From NCBI RefSeq assembly GCF_009914755.1, contig NC_060929.1: a DNA stretch of 64,000 nucleotides; one strand, written 5' to 3'. Under the pieces are notes generated by a model that did not search any database, was not told the DNA's origin, and saw only the letters and a list, made by a program, of their open reading frames with translations. The DNA comes from the human T2T-CHM13v2.0 reference genome, Homo sapiens. The stretch's first letter is position 1. Each line of letters begins with the position of its first letter. Position numbers and translations under genes: made by a program. Shown here one piece after another: positions 1 to 17,192 of the stretch.

Positions 1-89
1 TAAAGAATATTTTGAAAATAGAAGAAAATGTGGCAAGGCTGTCTCCTCCCACACCAGCTCCCACCTGAGAGCCAGATAGTTAGCAGGAA

Positions 90-518
90 AATCTGATCAC
101 GCTGCTTTCTAAGACCCTGCGTGGTTCTCCACCAACTTTGGATGCACTTCAGCCTCCTCAGCCCTCGTGGAAGCCCGTCATGACCCAGAATTCCCCACTC
201 GTCAGCTCCACGCCTTTGCACATGCTTGCCTCCCGCCTGGGACACGGTCCCTCCACCATCCCTGGCGCTGCGGACCTCCCACCATTGCTTGGCTAACGAG
301 GCTCAACCTGGCTGGGTGCCAACTCCTCCCAGCCTGGGCAAGTTGCCAGTCATCTGTGCTCCCACCATCCTCTGGGCCGAGCCTGGCATTCTCATTGTTT
401 ACTTCTCTGCCTCCTTCCCCAGACTGAATGTCCTGAGGGGAGGGAGTCGCATTTCAGCAATCTTTGTATTTTGAACACACAGCCAGGGACCAGTAAGCCT
501 GCTGATGGTGAATAAATG
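90..518 (+). mobile_element. L2 LINE 3' fragment
   Basis: Degenerate L2-like 3' sequence ending ...gatggtgaataaatg. Confidence 0.5.
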
Positions 519-1099
519 CTCATGGGTGATGACGACAGCCAGCTGAAAGCGGTGCAGCCCTCCTCCCTGCGGGGCATGCTCTCCGTGGATGTGCTGGTTT
601 AGTCACACACATTTTAAGTGTGACGACACCTATATATTCCTAAATCTGTAAGACAAAGTACAAGCCACAATATCTCGAGATCTGCCCTTCTCCTTTGACC
701 ACTCCACCCCAGCCTATGACAGGGGGCTGCCATTTCCCCCCATGGGGCCAGGGATGACTCTTGGTAGAGCACCCAGGAGCTGGTGCACACGAGAACAAGA
801 CCAGTTAGGGGGCATGTGAGGGAGTGCTGTAGGCATCCAGGCCAGGACTAGGTAAGAATTTATTTGGATTTATATATAGCAGAGACTGGGCAAGACAAGA
901 AGGTGGGTGCATTGCCCCACTGAAAGAAAGCCAATCAAGTAAAAATGAACAAGAACACAAGCTGAGCTCTGTCCTGTGTCCCCGAAGGGGTGACTGAGCA
1001 ACCTCGGTGCCTGGGTGTAGAGATAACACCACCACTGTCCATCCCGGGGCCTCACCCAGGGCGTCAGCGGAGCATGCTCACACTTTAGGTCCTGTAGAC

Positions 1100-1216
1100 A
1101 AAAGTAATTGCAGGCTCCCAGCCAGGAGCCTGGGCTGAGGCCTGAGGATCTGCATTTCTAACACGCTCCCAGGGGACGCTGATGCCGCTGGTCCTGGGAC
1201 TGCACTATGAGTGGCC
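1100..1216. mobile_element. MER5A-like DNA transposon fragment
   Basis: atctgcatttctaacacgctcccaggggacgctgatgccgctggtcctgggac resembles MER5A. Confidence 0.6.
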
Positions 1217-1655
1217 AAAGTCAAACCTGCGCCTGGCAGAAAACAGTAAATAGGTCGTTTGGCTCAATCATTAGCCAGGTTGTTAATTCTGCATCCATTG
1301 GTTTGGGTTGTACTAAATTAGGCCACACTTTTTGTGAGGTGGACCAGTATTTGTGCATGACAGGCCCAATATTTGTGAAAACATTGCCTTGAAAATAGTT
1401 GGAGAATTTTATTTCTCATGAATAGAACATGCTGTCGTCTGAGAGCCTGCCTCAGAGCAGCTGGCTGGGAGCCTCCGGAGTGGGAACCGCTTTGGCAGAG
1501 TAGGTAAAACATTCAAAAAGGGTTTCAAGTCTTTGAGTCTGAAACGAGTGGACAATGTAGATTCCTTTCATGAAATTGTATGCAGCATTTTGCAAGGAAC
1601 TTATAAAGCTGATCATAGTCTATAGATCCTGAAGGTCCAATTTGCTTTCCATTGA

Positions 1656-1964
<309 letters not shown>

Positions 1965-1967
1965 TGA

Positions 1968-2420
<453 letters not shown>

Positions 2421-2747
2421 TAAACATTTTGTATTTTCTGATTATTAAATAAAAATAGATGTTCATTGTAGGGAAAAATGAGACTTTTTACAACTTTTTA
2501 TAACCTATTCAGAATCAATTACTACTGAAGGCTTAGTGCATTTCTCTCTTGTTTTTTGTCATGCAGTGTTAATAGATGATTTTATATAATTGTTTTAAAT
2601 GTATATTTATCTTATGGTAATTTAAGCCTTTCCTCATGATTAAAATTCTTTATATACCTCAATTTTACTAATATTTGATAAATGTAAGATTATACCATAG
2701 AAAAATGTTTTTTTTTAAACTTTTTAAAATAATTTCAAAAGGAGAAC

Positions 2748-3395
<648 letters not shown>

Positions 3396-3698
3396 TAGCA
3401 CTCTCCTGGTGTCTTCTGGGAGTATAGTGAAGTCCAGAGAGGAGATTTTCTTAGCTGAGTTGCAGCATTAATTATATCTAATCTCGCTGCACCTAACATC
3501 TAGTAGATCTCAATGGCTAATAATAAAATACTAATATGTTTTATTTAATTATATATTGTCTTATATAAACATATATTCAACTTTAATGAATGATCCAGTT
3601 CTCAAGACAGAAACATAGAATTATATGTTAATATGACAGGCTTTGGAAAATTGTAACTGGATTTTGTCATTATTCTATCCTTATGACTTGTTGATGTT

Positions 3699-4222
3699 TG
3701 TATTATCTAATGCTGCATGCATCACCCCAAAACACAGTGGCTTTAAATAATAATTATCATTTATTTTCTCTCACAGTGTCTATGGCTCGGGAATGTGGGA
3801 ACCTGGTTGGGCAGTTCTGACTGAGGGTTTCTCGTGAGTTGCAGTGGGATGCTGGCTGTGGCTGTAGTTGTCTGAAGGCTTGACTGAGGCCACAGGGTCC
3901 TCTTCCAAAGTGGCTCTCTCTCGTGGCTGGCACATTGGTGCTGGCAGTTAGCTGGGGGCCTCAGTTCCTCTCCCTGTGGGTCTCTCCATAGAGCTGCTTG
4001 AGTGTCCACAGGGCGTGGCGGCCGGCTTCCTCAGGAGCCTGCAATCCAGGAGACCAGGGTGAAAGCTGCAAGATCTTTTAGGATCTGGCCTTGGAAGGCA
4101 CACACCATTACTCCTGCCATATGGGGCCAGCCCTGATGCAGCATGGGAGGTGATCACCAAGGATGTGAATACCAGGAGGAAACGAAGATCATTGGGGCCA
4201 TCCAGGAGGCTGGCTACCACAG
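3699..4222 (-). mobile_element. MaLR LTR (MLT1 family)
   Basis: caccccaaaacacagtggc...atttattttctctcacag...ggctaccaca, typical of MLT1 in reverse. Confidence 0.65.
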
Positions 4223-4301
4223 TTGTGGTTGTGAATATTAGAAGTACAGGGTATGGAATGAATAAGAAAAGTATACTCATGACAGACATACATGGTACTA
4301 G

Positions 4302-4756
<455 letters not shown>

Positions 4757-5305
4757 TAAAAATTCCAAGCTTAATTTCAGAAAGATTAAGTGAATCAATG
4801 GTTGGAAGAACATGTAATTGTTACTGACAGTCACTGCCTTCAGGTCAACGGTTAACAGGCTTAGTTTTCTTTCATCACATAATGCTTGTATGATCACTGC
4901 GTGGAAACCACTCCCAGTGTTGGGAAAATTAGATGAGCCTCTGAGATAGGAATAGATTAGGTATATACATGAAGTTGGCAGAGGGAATACAGTTGAACAA
5001 AGTAGTGGTTTCATACATTACTAATCTAAAATCATAAATCCCAGCGAGAGGTTTGCAGCGATAATAAGATTTACGTTTTATGCAAAATTTAGTCTAAAGG
5101 GAAATTGTTTTGAATTACTGACAACCTTGAATTTATCAAATCCTGATTACAGGGCTACAAGGTGACCCCATGTTGGAAGGAATTATCTTGATGTATTTTA
5201 CATATTTATTTATTTTATTAATAAAATGTCATTTCTTTATTTAAAACAGTTTATTAGGCATCTCTTTATTTGAAGCAGAAAAGCATAGATAAAAATACAA
5301 ATATT

Positions 5306-5889
<584 letters not shown>

Positions 5890-6918
5890 TAAGTACATTT
5901 TGTGCCCAATCAAGTATCAAAGACATAATCTTAAAATAAAGGACAGTTCTTCCCAAGGGAAAAAGAAAGTAGGCAACCTGACACATGAATAGATGATGTA
6001 TGCTACTGTTACACGCACACACACACACTCAGAATAGACTGTGATGCTGTGATAACAAACCACTTCAAGTCCCAGTGGCTTAAAATAACAAAGGTTTGCC
6101 TCTCGCTCATTCATGCTGTTGTGCGCCGGCTAGAGGGGGCAGGGCTCTGCTCTCTCTGCCCTCACTCCGGAGGCCCAGTCTGGGAGCAGTTGCATCTCTG
6201 AGCTTCAAGGGCAGTCAAGTCAAGAAAAGGGAAGGTGGCACATCGTCCACCGTCTCTCGAAACTTCCTCCTGGAAGTGACACCTGCTATTTCACTTACGT
6301 TTAATTACCCAAAGCAAACCAGATGGTCAAGTCAGAACTCAGAAAGGGTGGGGAAATGCAATTTTACCAAGAGGCAGGAAGAAATAGATAACGGAATAAC
6401 GCCAGTGAGTACTGCAGCTGAATCCAGTGCAACTGAATTGTCCTGGTTCAAACAATTAAAAAAGACTTTGTGTGTGTACTTTCACCAGCTTCTTCACAGA
6501 CCGTCGCCCATACTTGAGTGAATCTTCCTCCTGTGCGTGCTACTGTATATGATAAGTGGAAGAGAATAGAGAGTGTTGTCAGGGACATTTTTGAGGAATA
6601 CTGAAGTCTACTTGGGACAGTGAAACACACTGGACGATGAGCTTCCAGCTGCTTGTTTTCCTGCTGGACTGTCTGTGAGTTCATCTTCTTATTTAAAGCT
6701 CCTTGTTACTGAGTGCCTCCTAGCAGCAGTTTCCTTTAGCCCTCTCTAGGAGGAGCACAAATGCCTATTCCTGGCAGCCTGAGCATGTCGTCTTAGGCGT
6801 CCTCTCGTGACCTGTGGTCTGGTGTTTTGCACAATCTTCATCACCACTCCTTCTAGAAGGACTGAGAACTGAATTTGACTTTTAAAACGAAGCTTGGTAA
6901 TCAAGAATAGCAACAGCA

Positions 6919-7227
6919 GGCTGAGTACGGGGGCTCACGCCTATATTCCTAGGACTTTGGGAGGCTGAGGCGGGTGGATCACTTGAGGTCAGGAGCTCGA
7001 GACCAGCCTGATCAACATGGTGAAACCCTGTCTCCACTAAAAAAATACAAAAAAAAAAAAAAAAAATGGGCGTGGTGGTGCATGACTGTAGTCTCAGCTA
7101 CTCAGGAGGCTGGGGCAGGAGAATCGCCTGAACCCATGAGGCGGACATTGCAGTGAGCCAAGATTGTGCCACTGCACTCCAGCCTAGGCAACAGAGCGAG
7201 ACTCCATCTAAAAAAAAAAAAAAAAAA
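6919..7227 (+). mobile_element. Alu
   Basis: Full dimer with an expanded middle A tract and an A tail. Confidence 0.9.
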
Positions 7228-7879
7228 GAGCCGTGGTAGTTCTGAAGGGGAAGAGCAAGGAAGGTTTCTTCCCTGCAAAACACAAGGCTGCAGTAGCGAA
7301 TCAGGATTGCCTTGGGGCTGAGGTAGATTGTTAGACCAATGGGAGCAACTCTCAGGTTCATTCCTGTGTTTATGGGGAGGTGGGATGAGCTTGAGCATGC
7401 TGTTACTACCAATGGGAAAAGAATGGATGTGTTCATATATTGTGCTAGGAAAACAGAAAAAGGTAAAATTAAACTTCTATAATAAAAACCATGGTGGATT
7501 CAAGACCTCACTATGAAAAAAAAAAAAACTTGAAACTGTTGAAATTAAATACAGAGGAATATCTTTAGGGTTTTTGAATGGGAGGCATTGCTTAAACGCA
7601 TGACAAAAAGCATTCCTATAAAGGAAAAGATTAATAATATGACTGCATCGAAACGTAAAACGGGATGGTAAATGAAAAACAAGTGGTGTCGAGAAAACAA
7701 TCGCAACACCCTTGACAGAGCTTCAGGTCCAGGGGCAGCATTTACAGAGGCACCTACTCTCTGTGGTGCCTGAGAGGGAGCGCCTCTTTAAATTTGGTGC
7801 CCCAGGGCCTCCTTTGCCACATCTTAGTGCCAGCCTTGGGCGCCAGTGCCATCCTGATGCCAGCTTTAGTGTCTAGGGC

Positions 7880-8450
7880 TGTATTGCCCAGTAGTGTAGC
7901 TGGTACCTCCAAGTGGCTGTGGAACACAGTGCAACTGAGGTGTGCCGTAAGTGTAAAATATGTACTAGATTCATCCAAAAAAGGTAAAATAGCTCATTAA
8001 AATTTTTCTATTGATTACATTTTGAAATGGTAATATTTTGGATATGTTGAGTTAAATACAATATATTTATTAGGATTTCATTTGGCTTTTATTAATTTGG
8101 CCACTAGAAAATTAAAAATTATCAGCCAGGTGCAGTAGCTCATGCCTGTAATCTCAGCACTTTGGGAGGCAGAGGTGCGCAGATCACTTGAGCCCAGGAG
8201 TTCGAGACCAGCCTCGGTAACATGGCAAAACACCATCTCTACAAAAATACAAAAATTAGCTGGATGTGGTGGTGCTCACCCATAGTCCCAGCTACTAGGG
8301 AGGCTGAGGGGGGAGGATTGTTTGAGCCTGGGAGGCGAAGGCTGCAGTGAGCCGTGATGCACTCCAGCAGGTAACAGACCAAGACCTGTCTCCAAAAAAA
8401 ATTTTCCATTACATTTGTGGCTCCCCTTATGTCTTTATTGGACAGCACTG
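7880..8450 (-). mobile_element. MER33 (hAT-Charlie) split by an Alu
   Basis: gtgtgccgtaagtgtaaaata...gccactagaaaattaaaaatta [Alu] attacatttgtggctc...tattggacagcactg matches the recalled MER33 consensus. Confidence 0.8.
8124..8400 (+). mobile_element. Alu (AluJ-like) inside MER33
   Basis: Alu dimer with J-type features (ttgagcccaggagttcgag). Confidence 0.9.
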
Positions 8451-8479
8451 TCCTCAAGTATTATAAAGAATTCAAACTG

Positions 8480-8785
8480 GGCTAGGTGCTGTGGCTCACC
8501 CCTGTAATCCCAGCACTTTGGGAGGCTGAGGTGGGCAGATCATTTGAGGTCAGGGGTTCGAGACCAGACTGGCCGACGTGGTGAAACCCCATTTCTACTA
8601 AAAATACAAAAATTAGCCAGGCATGGTGGCAGGCACCTGTAATCTCAGCTACTTGGGCAGCTGAGGTGGGAGAATCGCTTGAACCCAGGAGATGGAGGCT
8701 GCCGTGAGCTGAGATTGTGCCATTGCACTATAGCCTGGGTGACAGAGTGAGACTCCATCTAAAAAAAACAAAACACACAAAAAAA
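8480..8785 (+). mobile_element. Alu (AluS-like)
   Basis: Full dimer; TSD aaagaattca(a/t)actg. Confidence 0.92.
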
Positions 8786-9110
8786 GAATTCATACTGATC
8801 AATGAGGAAAAGACAAAGAAGCCAATGGGAAATGGACAAAAGACATAATTAAATCCTTCACCAAAGAGGAAATCCAGACAGCCAATAGATGCATGGAAAG
8901 GTGGCCAGTCTTACTGGCAATCAGGAATGCGAAGTGAAAACACAATAACAATGTTTAAGCATCCGATTGGTGAAAATGCAAAGGTATTGGGAATTGGTGA
9001 GAATGAAGAAAAACTGTAACTTTCACCCATGAGTGGTGGAGTTGAAGTTGTTGCAGCCGCTTTGGAGAGGACTTTGGCTCATGTTCTACCCCCAGCTTGT
9101 CCACTTAGAG

Positions 9111-9318
9111 CACTGGTTCTCTCCTGGGGCAATTTTGCCTCCCAGGGTGCATTTGGCAATGTCTAGAGGCATTTTGGGTTGTCATAAATGAGGGTAGGAG
9201 ATGCTCCTGACGTCTAATGGGTAGAGACCAGGGATTGCATAGTACAGGGGACAGCCCCCCCCCCGAATAAAGAATTATCTGGCCCCACATGTCAATAGTG
9301 CCCTGGTCGAAAAACTGA
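9111..9318 (+). mobile_element. MER20 DNA transposon
   Basis: ggggcaattttgcctcccaggg...catttggcaatgtctagag...aagaattatctggccc...atgtcaatagtgcc. Confidence 0.8.
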
Positions 9319-9615
9319 CACAGGCGAGGATCGCAATTAATTTCCAGCTCAGGTGCATCAGGAGATACAGATCAAGGTTTTAATTTCAGTGCTCTCTGTA
9401 TTTGTAGTCACAGAACTTTGGACACAGTGTCTATCAGTTTAGGGGCATGGATGAACATGCAGAGACACTATAGCAGTCACGATGCATTTGCCAGTGATTT
9501 GGCTGAATCACATCCAGCACTGCGTGAATAAACCAAGTTTCAGGCTCAGATGTACATGGAGAGCATTTTGTGCAAATAGTTGCAATAGGAAATAATGCTC
9601 CCTATTAAATATATC

Positions 9616-9920
9616 GCTTGGGCACAGTGGCTCACGTCTGTAATCCTGGCACTTTGGGAGGCCGAGGTGGGTGGATCACCTGAGGTCAGGAGTTTGAGAC
9701 CAGCTTGGCCAACGTGGCGAAACCCGTCTCTACTAAAAATAAAAAAATTAGCTGGGTGTGGTGGCGGGAGACTGTAATCCCAGCTACCTGGGAGGCCGAG
9801 GCAGGAGAATTGCTTGAACCTGGGGGGCGGAGGTTGCGGTAAGCTGAGATTGCGCCACTGCACTTCAGCCTGGGCAGCAGAGCGAAACTCCTTCTCAAAA
9901 TAAATAAATAAATAAATAAA
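9616..9920 (+). mobile_element. Alu with (TAAA)n tail
   Basis: Full dimer. Confidence 0.92.
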
Positions 9921-11044
9921 AATATATTGTTTATGGATACATGCATATGTAATAAAAATTCAAAAGCAAAATCAGAGCATACACAGCTGCACCAAATAGT
10001 GATCACCTCTGGGAGGGATGGAGAAGAAAGCACAAAAAGGCATTTCAACTTTTTCTGTAATGTTGATTCCTTTAAAAAGTTTGAAGCCGTTATGACAAAA
10101 TATTGACCTTTGTTAATGTTACCAATGAAGACATGGGTGTTTATCTTACTTATCTTACTTTCTATTTTACTTTTCTCTATATTTGGACTTTTTCTCATAA
10201 TAAACTCTGATACACACATACCAAAGGGCACTTGGAACAGGGGCTGCCTGAGTCTAGGCAGCTCAGTGGGGGTTGTCCCTGTGTCTGTGTGGTTCGCCTG
10301 CTTTTCCCCAACACTGATCTGTGGTTAAGAGTTTGGTGCATGGAACGTTCCATGGGATTCTTTATTATGAGCTGGCTTTGGAGAAGCAGTGGGCTGAAAT
10401 GGTGGTGTCTGACCTGCGGTGCTGGGGCCACACCCTGTAGGGATTGACCCTTGGGTCCTGCCTCCCGGCCAGGAAGTCCTCTCCCCTTGCCACTTGCCAC
10501 CCCTCTGCACTAGACCTGGGCCTGACCTTTACCCTCCAAACTTCTAACAACACATCCCAGAAAGGATCTGGTTCAAGATACTAACAATCACACTTGGGGA
10601 GTGTATTTCAAGGAAAATAGATGGCATATCGTAGAAATTGCAGACAAACCTGAACTCCTGGGGAGTCCCTTCAGAAAGGAAGTTTGCTGCCTGGTTGAGA
10701 CTTGATTGGGAAGGGTTTGCCTTGTATGACACCCAGTGCCTAGTGTAGTGTGGAATTTAAGGCCAGCAGGTGGTGATTGATATGCACACTTGGTCTTCTC
10801 TACAGGCCACATGTGTTGAAGATTCCCTGCCTTACTGGGGCCTCCCTCTCATGCTCTTTCATTCTGTTTAGGCCCAGGGAAAGGATTCCTGCCTGTGGCG
10901 CCGGGCTTGAGGCTGCAGTACTCACCATTTTTCTATGATATGTTGAAGCAATCAACTGGTGTTGAGGGATCTTAGAATTTTTAAGACTTGTATGAAGTAT
11001 CCTTCCCTTTGGAATCTTGTTTGGAGAATAGCTTAATTAGATGA

Positions 11045-11382
11045 TGTCTTAGTCCGTTTAGGCTGCTATAGCAAAATACAGTAAACTGGGTGGCTTATAA
11101 ACAATGGAGATTTATTTCTCACTGTTTGGAGGCTGGGAAGTCCAAGATCATGGGCCTGCTTTCTGTTTCATAGACAGCACCTTCTTACTGTGTCCCCACA
11201 GGGTGGAGAAGGCAAGGCAGCTCTCTGGGTCCTCTTGTATAAGGGCACCAATCCTATTTATGAGGGCTCTGCCCTTATGACCTGGTTACCTCCTAGTGGC
11301 CACATCTCCTAATACCATCACCGTGAGGGTTAGGATTTCAACATATGAATTTTGAAGGGACACAAACATTCCGTCCATGGCA
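11045..11382 (-). mobile_element. MaLR LTR (MST/MLT1A-like)
   Basis: tgtcttagtccgtttaggctgctatagcaaaatac...gacacaaacattc...ggca. Confidence 0.75.
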
Positions 11383-12134
11383 GATGGTAAGGCTCTGTCA
11401 CCAGAAGAACATTTGAGTCAGTCTTCATTCACGCTGCCCGAGTATTCTTGCATTACCTGTGTGAACTGAACCAGGAAGTTGTCCCCTCACAGGGAATCCA
11501 TCTCTCTTGCGCCGTTGCAGCTGCTGCGACCAAATGCTGTCATCGATGTTTATCCTGGATGCCCACCCCGTCCCCAGCGCAAGATTCTTTTCTTAGACCC
11601 CTGATGATTTTAATTTGCATTGTCTTAAAACATCCTGAGATGATTGAAACTTGCCTAAAATAGTTTACCCAGCAAATCACACATGTGTTAGCAGGGGCTC
11701 ATGGCAGCCTTTTAGAAATATAGTAGCTCTTTAGAGGCCAGAATTCTTGCATTCATTCATAAAGCCACATAGACATCTCCCCCGACCTATTGCTGGTGTT
11801 ATTATGGGGTTTTATAGAAATGGAGTTTTAAGTATCTGAAATGTACTCTCTTCGTTCTTGGAATTTTTTCTCACACTCGAGCATGGTAACATCCTTTTTC
11901 TTCTGGGGCATCAGGATGATGGCTCCCCTACTGTGGTACCATAGGCCCCACGTGGCTCTGGGGCTCCCTGGGCCTCTGGTGCTTCAGTCTCTCCCCTGGC
12001 TGTCGTGGGCTCCCGCTTCTTCTTCTGCAGACTGTGCTGGGCCTCACGCAGCATCCGGCCCTCCTTTTTCCTTCAGACAGCTCTTGTTTGCATTTGTTTA
12101 TAGTGGTTATTGTAAAACTATTTCTTAATGAGGA

Positions 12135-12351
<217 letters not shown>

Positions 12352-12474
12352 AGAGGATGTTATTAATGTAAACATTGTGTTTGCTTACTTTTTTCAATGT
12401 TAATTAAAATGATATAATTTCCTCATGAATACAGCTTTGTTTTACATAAGAATTCTAACTGCACAGAATCATAT

Positions 12475-12762
<288 letters not shown>

Positions 12763-12810
12763 GTTGAAAGTAGTTCTTCCAAAATGTTCCTTCCCCACCC
12801 CACCAACCCT

Positions 12811-12836
12811 GGATTAGTCAGGGGTCTCCAGAGAAA

Positions 12837-12885
<49 letters not shown>

Positions 12886-13260
12886 AACATATATGTAGAG
12901 AAGGAGAGAGATTTGAGGAACTGGCGTGTGCGATTGTAGGGGCTGGCAAGTTCAAAACTTTTCCATGAAAAGTTCAAGATCTGGGTAAGAGTTGCAGTTT
13001 GACTCTGAAGGCAGTGCTGCCGGTCAAGTTTCTTCTTTCCAGGGTGTGGGGAGGCCAGCCTTTTTTCTCTTAAAGTCTTCAACTGATTGGATGAGGCCCA
13101 CTCACATGACGGAGGGCATCTACTTTCCTCAAAGTCTGTTGATTTAAATATCAGTCTCATTTAAAGAATACCTTCACAGAAATAGCTAGAATAATGTTTG
13201 ACCAAATACCTAGGTACTACTGTGGCCTAGCCAAGTTGATACATGAAATTAACCATCACA
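12811..13260 (-). mobile_element. ERVL LTR (MLT2 family)
   Basis: attagtcaggggtctccagagaa...gcctagccaagttgatacatgaaattaaccatcaca. Confidence 0.8.
12839..12882. repeat. (GT)~22 microsatellite
   Basis: Directly visible, inside the MLT2 element. Confidence 0.95.
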
Positions 13261-13320
13261 CACCTCCCATTCATCTTCCTTCTGTTCTTAATATTTTGGT
13301 GTGGTTCTTCTAGATGCCAT

Positions 13321-13406
13321 CTCACTGTCTTGCCCAGGCTGGTCTCAAACTCCTGGCCTCAAGTGGTCTTCCCACCTTGGCCTCCTAAAGTGCTGGAATT
13401 ATAGAC
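13321..13406 (-). mobile_element. Alu left-monomer/FLAM fragment
   Basis: ttgcccaggctggtctcaaactcctggcctcaag...gcacctggcc. Confidence 0.8.
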
Positions 13407-13441
13407 ATGAGCCACTGCACCTGGCCTCATTTAATTTGTTA

Positions 13442-13765
<324 letters not shown>

Positions 13766-15140
13766 TTAGGTTTCTAAATGTTATATCAGCCTTCCCAAGG
13801 TGGCTGTCAGCAGGTGCCTGCTGCACATTTTGGGAAGTTTTACCTTAGGAAGCTGGAGGAGTGTGGTGGGGAGAAGGAGGTGCTATTAGTCCAGAGCAGA
13901 ACCCTTCACTGGTTGAGGTGAGAAGGAGGGAAGAGTAGGGTGGTCCTGAAAGAGACCTAATTCAGGAGCCAGATACTTCCGGAACCCTGAGAGTGTCTCT
14001 CTTGTATCCACCTAGGGAAGGCATTCCTTTTAACCTGAGCCCTTTAAGTGCAGGTTGGATATCAGGGTTGGCAAAGGCAGATGCCATCTGGGACCTTCCT
14101 GAAGAGCAGGTTAGCATATTCCAAGCTGGAATATGCTAAAAGCTTTCAAAATACCTATTTTCTTTAATCCAGAAATCCTGCTTCTAACAATGTCTCCTGA
14201 GAAAACGAGAAACAAAATACACAAAGCCTTAGCTCTAGGGCTTTTCATTGCAGGTTTTACTCATGAGAAAGAAAGTGAGAAACAGATCATCTGAGTATCC
14301 AAGAATAGGGATTTGTTAAATAATGACAATTCTACCCCACATAGAATAGGATAGTCTGTATCTACCAGGAATTTTGACACAGAGTTACTTTTATTGATGT
14401 GAAGATATTGCTGATATAGTCCTAACTAAGACATATAGCAAATGGTCCTGTTTTAGTTTGAAGAAAAATGTGTGCATATGTGTGTGTCTGGTCTATAACT
14501 TTTTTTCTTCTCTTTAATTTTTGGATCTTTTTCTGCAATAAATATGAATTACTTGTGTAATTATATGCAAAGGAAGATGTTACATTATGTTCAATATGTT
14601 TTATTTATAAGTCAGGAAATTGTAGAATACTAGAGCAATATCTCCATCCAAAGAAGTTAGAAATGATTTTTGGGTGCTCCCTGGTGGGATGACAAGTTTT
14701 CCGGCACATTTATGCGAAAGCAGGTGGGTAGGTTAGCTGGGAGAATGGAGGTGGTGGTGGCAGCGAACTCTTAGTTCCCAAAGAGGCTGAAAACCTCAGT
14801 GGCTTCTAAGTAGAGCCTGCCTGCAGCCCACTCTTTTCTATTTAAAATTAGATTATTGTGAAACATTTCACCATATAGATGGAATGACCTATTTCAAAGG
14901 GTGCTTAAGCTAGATTATCTTAAAGAGGCTTTACCATAGTCAACAGTTATTGAGTTGATTATGCTGTGGTATGGATGTCAGTGTTAGAAAATCAATGGTA
15001 TTCTGTAGAACTTTAAACATGTGAATATTTGTGATTTAATATTCTTCTGTGGGGCAACTAGGAGCCTTATTGAGATAAGTGGGCAGGGCTACTCGAGTCC
15101 TCTTGTTGTTCCATGAAAAATTATATTCTTACTAAAAATT

Positions 15141-15441
<301 letters not shown>

Positions 15442-15659
15442 ATCTGGTGAAGATTGGGCTGGGCCACTGTGGAGTTGCTCTCAATATAAACTTTGTGCCT
15501 CTCATGCAGTGGTGGTGTGACTGGCAGTGCCAAGAGTGACACTTGATTGCCTGGTCATTAGCTCCTGCCCTGGGTTGAATTTTAGCATCTCACTGTATCT
15601 ACGTCTGTGAGGCGGTGAGCCTCACACCTGAGTCTACACTGTTTTCCTTTGTTACGAGG

Positions 15660-16035
15660 TCTCTTCGTCAACTTGGGTTGCTGCAACAAAGCACCATAGA
15701 CTGGGTACTTATTCAGAATGGAAGTTTATTCCTCACAGTTCTAGAAGTCCAAGATCTTTTACAGAGTGGAAATTTATTTCTCACAGTTCTGGAGGCTGGA
15801 AGCCCAGGATCAGGGCGCTAGCATGGTGGGGTTCTGGCCCGGGCCCTCTTCCAGGATGCAGACTGTAGACTTCTCTCTGTGTCCTTACATGGAGGAAAAA
15901 GGCACAAGAGAGCTCTTGAGGTCCTTTTTATAGGACACTAATCCCATTCATGAGGACTCCACCCTCGTGATCTAATCACCCCACCAAAGCCCCACTTCCT
16001 GCGCCATTCCACTGGGAGCTAGGATTTTAACATTT
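15660..16035 (-). mobile_element. MaLR LTR (MST/MLT1A-like) with a short internal duplication
   Basis: caccatagactggg...ctcacagttctggaggctgg...ctaatcacc. The segment cagaatggaagtttattcctcacagttct occurs twice (about 15715 and 15762). Confidence 0.7.
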
Positions 16036-16079
16036 GGTAATACTTAATTAATAGATCTACAAAATCAACTATCAGTGTA

Positions 16080-17020
16080 TGTATCCAGCTTGGTTCTCTC
16101 TCCATGACTCCACGCTGCTATTCATCTCTACCTGACGTCACCACTGGGTTGTCCAGAGACAGTCTCCTACAGTACACTGAAGTCTGCGTGCCATCTGTCC
16201 CCACGCCCGCTCTGTCCCACATCCTGTCCCTCTCATTTGATGGCAACTGCATCCTCTCAGCTGCTAGGGCCGAAACTCTGGGGTCATCCTGGACTCTTTT
16301 TCTATTCAACCTCACCTCCATTCTAACAGCAAATCTTCCTTTCCAGAATCCAAATTCGCCTCCCCAGCTGCTGCCCCCACCCTGGTGTGACACCATCCTC
16401 GCCTGCCTGGCCCCACAATGGTCTCCCATCAGCCCCCTTCCTCCACCCCATTCTTCTAGAGCCTGTTTCCCACCCAGCAGCCAGAGTGGATGCAGATGAT
16501 TGGCAGCTGATGGCTCAGGACACTCCCCCTACTCAGGGGGTCCCCAGGGCCCTGTCCACGGTCTCTGAGACCTCCTGTTGCCTCCTGGACCCGGGTTACT
16601 CCTCCTCTTCTCACTCACTCTGCTCTAGCCCTGCCGGCCAATGGGCTGCTCCCTGGATGCACCAGGCACAGTCCTGAGTTGGGGCCCTTGCTTGAGCTGT
16701 TTCCTCTACTGGGGCATTTTCCCCTCTCTGTATCCCTGTGGCCCACTGCCTTGCCTCTTTCACACACGGACCCCAACATCACCTCTGCCAAGCCCAGCCT
16801 GACCACTCTATTCCCTAGAGAGCTGCACCCGCCCTGCACACACCTTTTTTACCCCATCGCCGTCTGCCGTGCTCTGTCGTTTATTTCTCTACGAGCCCCA
16901 TAGTTGGTGTGTTTCCCTCCCTGGAGAAAGCACACCCCAGGAGGGCTGAGACCTTAGCAGTTCACTGATGTTTTCACGTCTAGGCCCTCACTCGAGTCAG
17001 TGCTCAACACACATTTGAGA
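16080..17020 (+). mobile_element. L2 LINE fragment
   Basis: Pyrimidine-rich L2-like body ending cagtgctcaacacacatttgagaa. Confidence 0.55.
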
Positions 17021-17192
17021 AGGATCGAGCGGCTGGCTCACTCTAAACCATCTCTGAGAATTGGGACTCCAGGTCCCTGTCATTGCCTTGTCCAGCCCCC
17101 TGGAGGGTAGTGGGTGCCCCTCGGGGTCCCCAGTGCTGACCCACCATGCTCCGACTCTGCCCCTCTGACCCGCTTCCCCTCTTCATTTCTAG

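Larger units (their letters stand above)
7520..9600 (+). mobile_element. Old L1 (L1M) ORF2-end fragments interrupted by MER33, Alus and MER20
   Basis: A-rich L1-like segments at about 7520-7710, 8790-9070 and 9320-9600 (e.g. aatggacaaaagacataattaaatccttcaccaaagaggaaatccagacagccaatag). Confidence 0.55.
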
